From Longimicrobiales bacterium (lineage in GTDB: Bacteria; Gemmatimonadota; Gemmatimonadetes; Longimicrobiales; Gaopeijiaceae), in NCBI GenBank assembly GCA_965226375.1, contig CBDDCX010000006.1, positions 224,001-288,000 of the forward strand: a stretch of DNA of 64,000 nt, read 5' to 3'. Of the stretch, positions 1 to 9,019 are shown in pieces. Position numbers and translations under genes: made by a program. Below the pieces are notes generated by a model. That model had not been told where the DNA came from, made no database searches, and saw only the letters and a program-made list of their open reading frames with translations. Positions within the stretch are counted from its first letter, which is position 1, and the number at the start of each line of letters is the position of its first letter.

Positions 1-2
1 GC

Positions 3-1001
3 AGGGACCAGAGCCGGTTGCTGGTGGTGCCGAGGGATGGTGGGCCGCTTCAGCATCGGGTGTTTTCGGATCTGGTCGATCTTATCGATCCCGGTGACGT
101 GCTTGTCGTGAACGAGACTCGGGTGGCTCCGGCCCGATTGCTGGGGCGGAAGCCTACTGGGGCGCCTTCGGAGGTGTTGCTGCTTCGGCCGTGGGGCGGG
201 GGAGGGGCTGCCTCCGCGCTCGATCCGGAGTCGGATGAGACGACCATTTGGGAGGCGCTGGTCCGGCCCGGCGGGAAGCTCAAGCCGGGGCGGGTGGTGA
301 ATGTCGCGCCGGGGTTCGATGTGGAGATCGTGGATGGGGCGCCGGGCGGTGGGCGGATCGTGCGGTTGGTCGTGGAAGGATCTGTGCGGGAGGCTCTTGA
401 GAATCACGGGCATGTGCCGTTACCGCCGTATCTGGGGCGGGAGGACGAGCCGCTGGATCGAGAGCGGTATCAGACTGTGTACGCCCGGGTGCCGGGGTCG
501 GTGGCTGCGCCCACCGCTGGGCTGCACTTCACGCCGGAGCTGCTACAGAAGATCGAGGCGAAGGGCGTGGAGCGGGTGGCCGTTACCCTGGACGTGGGGG
601 TGGGGACGTTCCGGCCGGTCGAGGTCGATGACCCGGCCGAGCATGATATGCACAGCGAGTCGTTTTTCGTTCCGGATGAGACGGCCGAGGTGATTAATGT
701 TGCGCGTAGGGAGGGGCGGAAGATTTGGGCGGTCGGCACCACTGTGGTGCGCACGCTCGAGAGTGCGGCGCGTGAGGGGGTGGTGGTTGGGGGGGGTGGG
801 GTGACGGAGCTGTTCGTTCGACCGGGCCACGCGTTTGGGGTGGTGGACGGGCTCGTTACGAACTTTCATTTGCCAAGGTCGACGCTTTTGATGTTAGTCG
901 CAGCGTTCGGCGGGTACGAGAGGGTGATGGAGGCTTATGGGGCGGCGGTTCTTGAGGGCTACAGGTTCTACTCGTACGGGGATGCGATGGTGGTGGGGTA
1001 G
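3..1001 (+). CDS. queA: S-adenosylmethionine:tRNA ribosyltransferase-isomerase (5' end outside window)
   Basis: Motifs VVNETRV, DRERYQTVYA, GSVAAPTAGLHFT, AVGTTVVRTLE, TNFHLPRSTLLML, YRFYSYGDAM; frame open to the window edge. Confidence 0.97.
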   Translation, partial: RDQSRLLVVPRDGGPLQHRVFSDLVDLIDPGDVLVVNETRVAPARLLGRKPTGAPSEVLLLRPWGGGGAASALDPESDETTIWEALVRPGGKLKPGRVVNVAPGFDVEIVDGAPGGGRIVRLVVEGSVREALENHGHVPLPPYLGREDEPLDRERYQTVYARVPGSVAAPTAGLHFTPELLQKIEAKGVERVAVTLDVGVGTFRPVEVDDPAEHDMHSESFFVPDETAEVINVARREGRKIWAVGTTVVRTLESAAREGVVVGGGGVTELFVRPGHAFGVVDGLVTNFHLPRSTLLMLVAAFGGYERVMEAYGAAVLEGYRFYSYGDAMVVG

Positions 1002-1068
1002 GGGGGGATGCCCTGGTCGCCTGACGCATGCAGGACGAGACCGGCGGTGCCGGGGTGATGTTCGCCCG

Positions 1069-2463
1069 GGTCAAGTCCCGAGTTGTGTGTAAAAGTGAGA
1101 GGAAGCTCCTCGATGCTTCTGTTAGGCTGCCTTGGCGACCTCCTTCGGTTCGAGAAGCGTGAGATCCAGGTAGCGACGTTCGCTCCAGGCCGCAGTAGTC
1201 CTTAGAGCAACCGCAGTGATGAGGCGGAGCGCGCTGGCTCGGTCGGGGAAGGCGCCGGCGCTCCGGATCCGACGCTTGATCTCGGTGTGCAGGCGCTCGA
1301 GGCTGTTCGTGGTGCGCAGTCGGGCCCAGTGGGGCTCGGGGAACGCGTAGAACTGGGTGGCGGCCGTGAAGCCCCGCTCAAGCACGTTGACTGCCTCGGG
1401 GAGCTCCTTGTGCCAGCGCGCCGTGATCTCGGCCAGGCGCTTCTTCGACTCAGCGAGCCCGGGGGCCCGGAAGACGGCGGCAACCTCGCGCGCCACACGC
1501 TTGCGCAGGCGATGCGGGACCTTGGCCAGCACGTTGCGTTGCAGGTGGACAGTACAGCGCTGGCAGCGCACCTCGGGCAGGAAGCGGCGCACCGCGGCTG
1601 CCAGGCCCGCGTGCTCATCCGCGATCACGAGCTGGACGCCGCTGAGACCACGCTCCAGGAGTTGCTCGAGGAGCTCCGACCAGCTGTTCTCCGATTCCTC
1701 AGGGCCCAGCGTGATGCCCAGGAGCCGGCGGTGGCCGTCCGGGCCCACGGCGTAGGCCACGAGCGCGCTCACGTTCTCGACCTTTCGGGCCCAGCGGGCA
1801 TCGAGGAACGTCGCGTCCAGGTACAGGTAGGGGTGGGCCCCCTCGATGGGTGCACTCCGCAGCGTTTGCACGCCCTCGTCGAGCCGCTTCGCGACCCGGC
1901 TCACCGTCGAGCGTCCCACGCGCTCACCCATGAGTGCCTCGGTCACGTCGCCCATCTTGCGCTGCGACACGCCGCTCACGTAGGCCTCCACCATCATCGC
2001 ATCGACTTCTTCACTCCTGCGCTGGTAGCGACCCATCACGTCGGCGGGCGAGCCGCCTTCCCGGCTGCGCGGGACCGTCACGTCGATCTGACCCAGGCTC
2101 GTAAGCAGGCGCCTCAGATACGTCCCGTTCCTGTGGCCCTTCCGGCTGCCGACCCGCTCGAATCGTCGCGCTCCGACCATCGCCTTCAACTCCTCCTCCA
2201 ACACCATCTCGAGCGTTAGCCGGATCGCGCCCTGAAACAGCGACTTCAAATCCTGACGCAGCTCGTCTTGCGTGGCCCGCTCAACTTCGACCATCTTTTC
2301 CATGAGGAAGCTCCTTGTTCCGGTTCCGACCTGCTCACGCAGGCCGGACTCCCGGGTTCATGTGATGATGAACAATTCACAAGGAGCTTCCTCTTTCTTT
2401 TCCGGGCTGTCCACCCTCCTCGGACGCCCTCACCCCCTTTTACACAATCTTAGTGACACTACC
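1069..2463 (-). mobile_element. IS256-family insertion sequence, copy A (1395 bp)
   Basis: Imperfect terminal IRs (GGTAGTGTCACTAAGATTGTGTAAAA / GGTCAAGTCCCGAGTTGTGTGTAAAA); 8-bp target duplication TTCGCCCG at 1061-1068 and 2464-2471. Confidence 0.95.
1122..2303 (-). CDS. IS256-family (mutator-type) DDE transposase
   Basis: RNG..R.L.T.LG, VPRSR, YLYLDA, VIADEH.GL, QRCTVH..RN, RTTNSLERLHTEIKRR motifs. Confidence 0.95.
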   Translation of the reverse strand: MEKMVEVERATQDELRQDLKSLFQGAIRLTLEMVLEEELKAMVGARRFERVGSRKGHRNGTYLRRLLTSLGQIDVTVPRSREGGSPADVMGRYQRRSEEVDAMMVEAYVSGVSQRKMGDVTEALMGERVGRSTVSRVAKRLDEGVQTLRSAPIEGAHPYLYLDATFLDARWARKVENVSALVAYAVGPDGHRRLLGITLGPEESENSWSELLEQLLERGLSGVQLVIADEHAGLAAAVRRFLPEVRCQRCTVHLQRNVLAKVPHRLRKRVAREVAAVFRAPGLAESKKRLAEITARWHKELPEAVNVLERGFTAATQFYAFPEPHWARLRTTNSLERLHTEIKRRIRSAGAFPDRASALRLITAVALRTTAAWSERRYLDLTLLEPKEVAKAA

Positions 2464-2527
2464 TTCGCCCGGGCGTCACACGGAAGCCCCGTGGAGTCGA
2501 GGGCGTGGAGCGACGGCGTCGCCCATT

Positions 2528-2818
2528 TCAAGGTCCCTCGCGGGGATCCGTCTGCGAGCGACCCGGGAGCGGCTCGTCCAGGGGACTCCGGATGCCTTGC
2601 AGCTGACGCTTCGAGACGTGGGTGTAGATCTCGGTCGTCTTCACGCTGGCGTGCCCGAGGAGCTCTTGGATGAGGCGCACGTCGGCGCCCGCCTCGTGGA
2701 GATGTGTGGCGAAGGTGTGTCGGAGGACATGAGGCGTGACGGGCTTGTTGATGCCCGCCCGCACGCGGGCGGCGGCCGTGATCTTCTGGACGCTCCGTGT
2801 GGTCAGATGGCGGCCCAC
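2528..2818 (-). pseudogene. 3' remnant of a tyrosine recombinase (integron-integrase-like C-terminus)
   Basis: Box II motifs HVLRHTFATHL, IQELLGH, catalytic Tyr in TTEIYTHV, C-terminal GIRSPLD; N-terminal two-thirds missing. Confidence 0.9.
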
Positions 2819-3049
2819 GAGGGCCCCGCGGGATTGCTAGTCGATTTGGAGCGGAACCAAGGATGCTCGGCCGCAACGACGAGGCAATCGAGTTCTTGAC
2901 CCAAGCCGATCCTGAAAGCGGCGGCCGTGATCTTCTGGACGCTCCGTGTTGCGCCCCGCGGGTGCTAGTCGATTTGGAGCGGAACCAAGGATGCTCGGCC
3001 GCAACGACGAGGCAATCGAGTTCTTGACCCAAGCCGATCCTGAAAGCGG
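2769..3049. repeat. Imperfect tandem duplication of the recombinase/TPR junction
   Basis: GCGGCGGCCGTGATCTTCTGGACGCTCCGTGT ... TGCTAGTCGATTTGGAGCGG...CCTGAAAGCGG occurs twice (about 2769-2921 and 2918-3049). Confidence 0.9.
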
Positions 3050-3806
3050 ATGGTTGCGAGGGTTTGATGAGTATTGGGTTCTTCTGACGCTGGCTTACCA
3101 CCAGCTCGGCGACTACGAGCGGGAACTCGAGGCTGTGGACCGCATGCTTCAGTTAAACCCGGAACGGTCTCGGATCGCCCTCGGGATCGAGATGGGTGTC
3201 TTGGCTGCCGAGGGACGCATCGAAGAACTTGGCACCCGTATTCCGGGACTTCTCCAATCTTACCACGGGGGTTCTACCGACGGGTTGTTCGATTGGTTTA
3301 CGGAGCTTCACTCCCACGGATATCCGGGCGCAGCCTCAAACTTGTTGGGCCGTGCCCTCGAATGGTTTGAGGACAGGCCTTCCGATTGGAGACGGGATCC
3401 CGGCCAATCCTTCGTATATGGGAACTTGCTCAGTCGCGCCGGACGTTGGGGCGAGGCGCAGGCAGTCCTAGAAGGCGTAGTGGCCGACACTCGTTTCACT
3501 GGCAAAGCGAACAGAATGGCCCTATTGGAGCTGGCGTATGTGTTGGCAAGCCAAGGTTACCGGAACCAAGCCTATAGGGCGGTCAGCCTAAGCCAATGGA
3601 ATGATATCGGAGTTCACACCTGGGTCGAGGCTGCTCTCGGTGAGCGGGAGCGAGCGATGGAGCTATTGCGTGAAATCCGAGCACAGAGGGATGGAGCAAA
3701 GGTGGATATGCTGGATATGCACGGCGGATATCTAAGCCTGCACCGGCTTGAATCGATGAGGGACTATCCGCCGTTTGTTGAGGAATTCCTCAGGCCAAAC
3801 GGGTAG
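2991..3806 (+). pseudogene. TPR-like helical-repeat protein, probably 5'-truncated (cassette 1)
   Basis: TPR-like segments (LAYHQLGDYERELEAV, GNLLSRAGRWGEAQAVL); 5' end runs into the scrambled junction. Confidence 0.65.
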
Positions 3807-4047
3807 CCGGCCCCGCACTGCCGCGTTCTCCTCCCGTGCTGTTCCGCTCGCAGAGGCCGAGCCCCACCCTCACGGTCGAACATCCGATTCCTTTTGAGGA
3901 TGATGTCGTCGGAATGCAGTCTGACGGAAGTCCGACGGAAGTCCTTTTCCCCCCTAGCATGGCACGCCCTTGCTCATGCAGCATGAGGTCTTTGATGGTC
4001 GAAGGATACGACTAGACTACGTGGCTGAGGTTGAGCAGCGTCACATC

Positions 4048-4203
4048 ATATAACACTGGGCCTCCGGCTCGGGCGGCCCCCGGCGACCCTCGACGCAACC
4101 GGCCCACGAGCGGTGTGCCGTGAATAAGGCGCTGGCGACAACATCCGTTGCGGGTTACCTGAACGTGGTCGACGGGCCGGTTCGGAGGCCCTGAACGTTA
4201 GAT
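4048..4203 (+). repeat. attC-like cassette recombination site 1
   Basis: ATATAAC-ACT-GGGCCTCCG-[side hairpin]-AACCGGCCC ... GGGCCGGTT-CGGAGGCCC-TGAAC-GTTAGAT; arms complementary; motif repeated at 5432, 6890 and 9020. Confidence 0.85.
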
Positions 4204-4245
4204 GACATCTCCGCTTAGGGGATGGCAGGGTGGAGAGGCCTTCTA

Positions 4246-4330
4246 TGTCAACGTATGACTTGCGTAAATACCAATCATGTGTCAAGTTATAACTTGCTAT
4301 CAGTCCTATGCATTGCAACCTATGGCTTTA
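4246..4330 (+). promoter_or_regulatory. Candidate operator repeats upstream of the mobile mystery A/B pair
   Basis: TGTCAACGTATGACTTGC (4246-4263) and TGTCAAGTTATAACTTGC (4280-4297, containing the perfect palindrome CAAGTTATAACTTG); weaker third copy near 4313; AT-rich context. Confidence 0.6.
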
Positions 4331-4334
4331 CACT

Positions 4335-4811
4335 ATGTCCGAACGTCCCGTTGATGTGATTGCGCGCCGGCAGCTCGACGAACGGCTGGCCAACATCCGC
4401 GCGGCAAGTGGCCTGTTTGAGCGCCCCCGTCGCGGGTGGATCGCGACGCTTCGACGGGCGCTGGGTATGCCTCAGGCTCACCTTGCCCACCGGATGCGCC
4501 TTTCGCGGCAGGCCATCAGCCAACTTGAGAAGCGAGAGGTCGACGGTTCTATCACACTCAGTGCCTTGGAACAGGCAGCGGAAGCACTCGGTGCGCGTGT
4601 CGTCTACGCTGTTGTCCCTGAGCGACCGCTTCTGGCCACGCTATCGGACCGCGCCTTGAAACTCGCGACTCGGATAACGGGCTCCGTCCGTCACACCATG
4701 CGGTTGGAGGACCAAGACCCTGGCTCGGACCTAGAACGTAGGACTCTCGATCTAGCTGCAAGCCTTATCGAGTCTCCGTCGCGGCTCTGGTCAGTGATTG
4801 ATGAGCGATGA
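4335..4811 (+). CDS. Mobile mystery protein A (XRE-type HTH; cassette 2)
   Basis: PRRGWIATLRRALGM..AHLA.RM.LSRQAISQLEKREVDGSITL, VYAVVP, HTMRLEDQ; overlaps the downstream Fic gene. Confidence 0.85.
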   Translation: MSERPVDVIARRQLDERLANIRAASGLFERPRRGWIATLRRALGMPQAHLAHRMRLSRQAISQLEKREVDGSITLSALEQAAEALGARVVYAVVPERPLLATLSDRALKLATRITGSVRHTMRLEDQDPGSDLERRTLDLAASLIESPSRLWSVIDER

Positions 4812-5379
4812 TCTTCCCACTGGGGCGACTCCGATCGACCCCGATGAGGCCGAAGGGCTAATACCCGAGCATGTGGCAACGCGTGGCGAACTCGACGAAC
4901 TTGAGGAGGCGAACATCCAAGAGGGCCTGGAATGGGCACTCAGGAGTTCGAGGGAGGTCTTGTCGGAGGAGTTCCTCTACGAATTGCATCGCCGCATGTT
5001 CGACGCGATTTGGACGTGGGCCAGAAAGGTACGATTGACCGACAAGAACATCGGGGTCGACAAGAACATCGTCCGAACCGAGGTGCGGAAGCTGATTGAA
5101 GACGCTCACTACTGGCGAGAGAACACGGTGTACGAACCCGACGAGTTGGCCGTTCGCTTTCATCACAGACTTGTCTCCATTCACCCCTTTCCAAACGGCA
5201 ACGGTCGTCACGCGAGGCTCATGGCTGACCTGCTCGCACGGGAACTGGGTGAGAGCGCCTTCTCATGGGGTGGAGTCAGCCTGACGAACACCTCGGATCT
5301 ACGTACCGAATACATCGGCGCCCTGCGCGCCGCGGACGGAGGGAACGTCGACCCACTTCTGAAGTTCGCTCGATCGTAG
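4801..5379 (+). CDS. Mobile mystery protein B (Fic/DOC family; cassette 2)
   Basis: N-terminus GATPIDPDEAEGLIP; Fic motif HPFPNGNGRHAR. Confidence 0.9.
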   Translation: MSDDLPTGATPIDPDEAEGLIPEHVATRGELDELEEANIQEGLEWALRSSREVLSEEFLYELHRRMFDAIWTWARKVRLTDKNIGVDKNIVRTEVRKLIEDAHYWRENTVYEPDELAVRFHHRLVSIHPFPNGNGRHARLMADLLARELGESAFSWGGVSLTNTSDLRTEYIGALRAADGGNVDPLLKFARS

Positions 5380-5431
5380 TGAGACCCTAGGAGGGGGCGT
5401 GCCCACGACTATGGCCGGAGTAGACGACGGC

Positions 5432-5584
5432 ACATAACACTGGGCCTCCGGCTCGGGTCGCCTCCGGCGCCCCTCGACCCAACCGGCCGCCACCGGGAGG
5501 GAGTTGGGACACGGAAGTGGTAGGTCGAAGAAGGCAGAAGTAACGAACGAAGGCGGGCCGGTTCGGAGGCCCTGAACGTTATCG
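5432..5584 (+). repeat. attC-like cassette recombination site 2
   Basis: ACATAAC-ACT-GGGCCTCCG...AACCGGCC ... GGGCCGGTTCGGAGGCCCTGAAC-GTTATCG. Confidence 0.85.
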
Positions 5585-5790
5585 GACAGCGCGAACGCGT
5601 ACGAGTGCGTCATGGGCACGGAGCTCCTGGAGTACGTCTGATTGAACCAGGACTTCGGTAGTGCTGGTCAAGAGCGTCGTCTTTGGAGTTGGTTGGGACC
5701 TAGCCTACGGTCTACTCCAATAACTACGATCTGAAACCAAGACTCGTTCTGTCTCCTTGCCGCTTGCTTGTAGCTGAAGGGATAAGGCCC

Positions 5791-6816
5791 ATGAGTCCAA
5801 GATTGGCACGTCACCTGCGGGACGCTGTCCCGGTCATCGTCTTCTTTGTGATTGTGGCGTTCACGTGGGACAATGTCAGGTGGTACCTAGCACCCGAGGA
5901 CGGGCCGCGGGAGCCCCTGACCGTCATGTTCATCGGGGTGCTCCTGGCCCTACCCCTGATCGCACTCGAGTCTTCGGCCCTGGCGGAGCGTTTTCGTCGT
6001 CGCCCGTTCTGGGCTGCGGTCCTTCTCAAGACCATGACCTACGTCGCCGCACTGGCCGCAATCATCCTGGGCGTGGGAATGATCTTAGGGAGACTCGAAG
6101 GCCGCACGTTCGACGAATTCGTCGAGGCCTTGCCGCGGAATCTCGCGGCGATGGCTACGGCGTTCCTTCTCTACATGGTGATCATCTTTCTACGGCAGCT
6201 GGACCGCCTTCTCGGGCCCGGCGTGTTGCTGCGCTACGTCACCGGTCGGTACCACCGTCCGCGGCGAGAGCAGCGGGTCTTCATGTTCGTCGACATCACG
6301 AGTTCTACCGAACTCTCCGAGCGTCTCTCGCTCGAGGCCTATTACGGGCTGGTCAACGATTTCTTCCACGACGTGTCAAGGCCGGTGTTGGATACGCGCG
6401 GCGAGATCTACCAATACGTGGGCGACGAAGTCGTAATCACGTGGAAGCTCGACCAGGGAGTCAAAGACGCCAACTGCGTCCGGGCGTTCTTCCAGATCGA
6501 TGCAGCGGTCCGCGCGAACGCCGACCGGTACCTGACGCGGTACGGGGCCGTGCCCGATTTCAAGGCCGGTCTGCACTCGGGTGAGGTGATCGCGGCAGAA
6601 ATGGGAGATCTCAAAAAGGAGATCGTGTTCAACGGTGAGACGTTGAACGTGACGGCGCGGATTCAGGGGGAATGCAATCGTCTTGGTCGACGACTTCTGG
6701 CGTCCCGCTCCCTCCTCGACCGCCTCGACCTCCCCGCTGAACTGACCGCGGAGCCCATGGGTGCGGTCGCGCTGCGAGGGGTTGGAGAGCCGACAGAGAT
6801 CGTTGCTTTCTCATAG
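5791..6816 (+). CDS. Membrane-anchored class III adenylate/guanylate cyclase (cassette 3)
   Basis: Several N-terminal TM segments; FMFVDITSST, YQYVGDEV, KAGLHSG, GETLNVTARIQ motifs. Confidence 0.9.
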   Translation: MSPRLARHLRDAVPVIVFFVIVAFTWDNVRWYLAPEDGPREPLTVMFIGVLLALPLIALESSALAERFRRRPFWAAVLLKTMTYVAALAAIILGVGMILGRLEGRTFDEFVEALPRNLAAMATAFLLYMVIIFLRQLDRLLGPGVLLRYVTGRYHRPRREQRVFMFVDITSSTELSERLSLEAYYGLVNDFFHDVSRPVLDTRGEIYQYVGDEVVITWKLDQGVKDANCVRAFFQIDAAVRANADRYLTRYGAVPDFKAGLHSGEVIAAEMGDLKKEIVFNGETLNVTARIQGECNRLGRRLLASRSLLDRLDLPAELTAEPMGAVALRGVGEPTEIVAFS

Positions 6817-6889
6817 CGAGCCGCCGATTGTGACAGGCCCCTTGGATGGGGAATCCGGTGGCTGGCGAGCTGTCTGGGGCAGCGCCGTC

Positions 6890-7043
6890 AGCTAACATTG
6901 GGCCTCCGGCTCGGGCCATTCGGCCCTCGACGCAACCGGCCGCGGTTACCGTGTGGGCTTCGGTCGAAGGATGTGGCGCTAGACCTGAAGGAGCAGTATT
7001 GAACGACACAGATGGGCCGGTTCGGAGGCCCTGAACGTTAGCC
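6890..7043 (+). repeat. attC-like cassette recombination site 3
   Basis: AGCTAAC-ATT-GGGCCTCCG...AACCGGCC ... GGGCCGGTTCGGAGGCCCTGAAC-GTTAGCC. Confidence 0.85.
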
Positions 7044-7559
7044 GACAACCTTAGTCAGACGAATGCGGTGAGGAGGTAGATCGAGAATGCCTATGACCGA
7101 GGGACAGCTCGCGCTCATGATCATCGACGTGCAGGAGGGGATGTTCAACATCCCAGAAGCTGTCGTTCATGAACCCGAAGCGTTCTTGTCGCGCGTCTCC
7201 GGGCTGGTCGCGGACGGCCGCTCATCTGGCGTTCCAGTGATTTACATCCAACACCTTGGCGCGCCAGGACATCCGCTCGAACCCGGGACCGAGGGGAGCC
7301 GGATCCACCATGCGATCGCGCCGATAGCGGGCGAGCGGGTGATCCAGAAACGGGAGTCGGACGCCTTCCTAGGCACGAGCCTTCAGGCCGAGCTCGAGGA
7401 GTTGGGAGTAACAGGCCTCGTAGTGTGCGGGATGCAGACGGAGTACTGCGTGGACACGACGTGTCGCCGCGCCCACGGGCTCGGTTACAAGGTGTTTAGC
7501 GCCCCCGATTTCTCTGGACAGTAGATTGGCAAAGACAGCGGGTCCAGAGAGAAAGGGAC

Positions 7560-7922
7560 GTGATGGCCCAGAAGCCGAGGGAGAACAAGGCGACCGCAGG
7601 TCGTGAGAAGGTACCCGAGCGGTGGAGTGCCCAGCAGAAAACGGAGGTGGTGCTGCGCCTGCTACGGGGTGAGGACCTGGTGGAGGTCAGCCGCGAGGTA
7701 CAGGTCTCACCGCCGGAGCTGGAGGAATGGCGGCGGGTGTTCCTGGAGACCGGTCAGCAGGGACTGAGACGCCGGGGCCGAGACCCTGGAGAACGGGAGC
7801 TGACCCGGACCCGGGCGAAGCTGGGAGAGTTGACGATGCGACTGGAGCTTGCGAGAGAACTCCTGGAAAAAAGGGGGTACGGGGACGAGCTGGAGAAGCT
7901 CTTGAAGCGCGGACGCGGGTGA
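7560..7922 (+). CDS. IS transposase OrfA (HTH)
   Basis: RWSAQQKTEVVLRLLRGE..EVSRE....ELEEWR HTH followed by a coiled coil. Confidence 0.8.
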   Translation: MMAQKPRENKATAGREKVPERWSAQQKTEVVLRLLRGEDLVEVSREVQVSPPELEEWRRVFLETGQQGLRRRGRDPGERELTRTRAKLGELTMRLELARELLEKRGYGDELEKLLKRGRG

Positions 7923-8805
7923 GTCCGGGGACAGGGCGGCTCTACCCTCTGACGATGATCTGCGAGGTCTGGCGGGTGGGGCGCTCGACGGTCTACGCGG
8001 CCCGAGATCGAGAAGAGAGCGACGGGCCGGCAGGGCTGAAGAAGCGCGGACCGAAGACGAAGCTGAGCGACGAGGAGTTGGTGGAGGAGATCCGACAGGT
8101 GCTGAAGGAGAGCGACTTCCTGGGCGAAGGCCACCGGAAGGTCCGGGCCCGTCTGAGAGCCAAGGGGATCGGTGTGGGCAAGAACCGCGTGCTGCGGCTG
8201 ATGCGGGAGAATGGGCTGCTGGCCCCCGTACGGCGCGGAAAGCACCCGCGTGGGGACCGGAGCCACAGCGGCCGGATCACGCGACGGATGTGCCGAACGA
8301 GCTGTGGGGTACGGACGCGACGCGGTTCTACACGAAGGAGGATGGGTGGTGCTGGTTCTTCGTGGCGGTGGATCACTGCATCACAGACGTGGTGGGCTGG
8401 CACGTGGCGAAGAAGGGCGATCGGTGGGCAGCGCTCGAGCCGATCCGCCAGGGTGTACGAACCCACATGGACGGCTACGCGCCCAAGATCGCTCTGGGGC
8501 TCGGCCTACGGCACGACTGGGGCCCTCAGTACACCGCCCATCAGTTCCAAGGAGAGCTGGCCTGGCTCGGGATCCGCTCGACGGCCTCGTACGTAGGAGA
8601 GCCGGAGTGCAACGGCGTCGCGGAACGCTTCATGCGGACGCTGAAGGAAGAGTGCCTGTACCTCCACGACTTCGAGAGCCTCGAGGAGGCCAGGCAGGAG
8701 ATCGATGCGTTCATCGAACGCTACAACCGCGGGTGGCTCCTGGAGCGGCACGGGTATCGGACCCCGGCCCAGGTCCGTCAGGAGCTCACCCTGAAGGCGG
8801 CATGA
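7919..8805 (+). pseudogene. IS transposase OrfB (rve integrase core), frameshifted near 8280
   Basis: GHRKVRARL, NRVLRLMRENGL in one frame; PNELWGTD, LRHDWGPQY, NGVAERFMRTLKEE in the next frame. Confidence 0.85.
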
Positions 8806-9019
8806 TTAGGCCGCCGACTTGTCCAGGAAACCGGAACCGGTACAGGTGTTCCTAGCTCAGGACGCCCATACAACGGTGGACGCCGAATCATTGACAGCCG
8901 CGCAGATCATCGCGCACCACAACGAAACCCTAGGTAGCGCGTATGTGACGCTATGCCACGCGGAGGAAGCGTTCGCGTAGGTTGGGAGGTGTCGGATCGG
9001 CTGAGCGGCCACGGTCATC

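Larger units (their letters stand above)
7495..8844 (+). mobile_element. IS3-family-like insertion sequence
   Basis: Imperfect IRs (TTTAGCGCCCCCGATTTCTCTGGACA / TGTACCGGTTCCGGTTTCCTGGACA); flanking direct repeat GGTG(TT), exact left boundary uncertain by a few bases; orfA/orfB layout. Confidence 0.85.
7087..8980 (+). pseudogene. Isochorismatase-family cysteine hydrolase interrupted by an IS (cassette 4)
   Basis: ALMIIDVQ, K..SDAF, CGMQTEYCVDTT to GYKV at about 7494; resumes at 8846 as VFLAQDAHTT...IIAHHN...EEAFA*; RBS GAGGAGG just after site 3. Confidence 0.9.
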
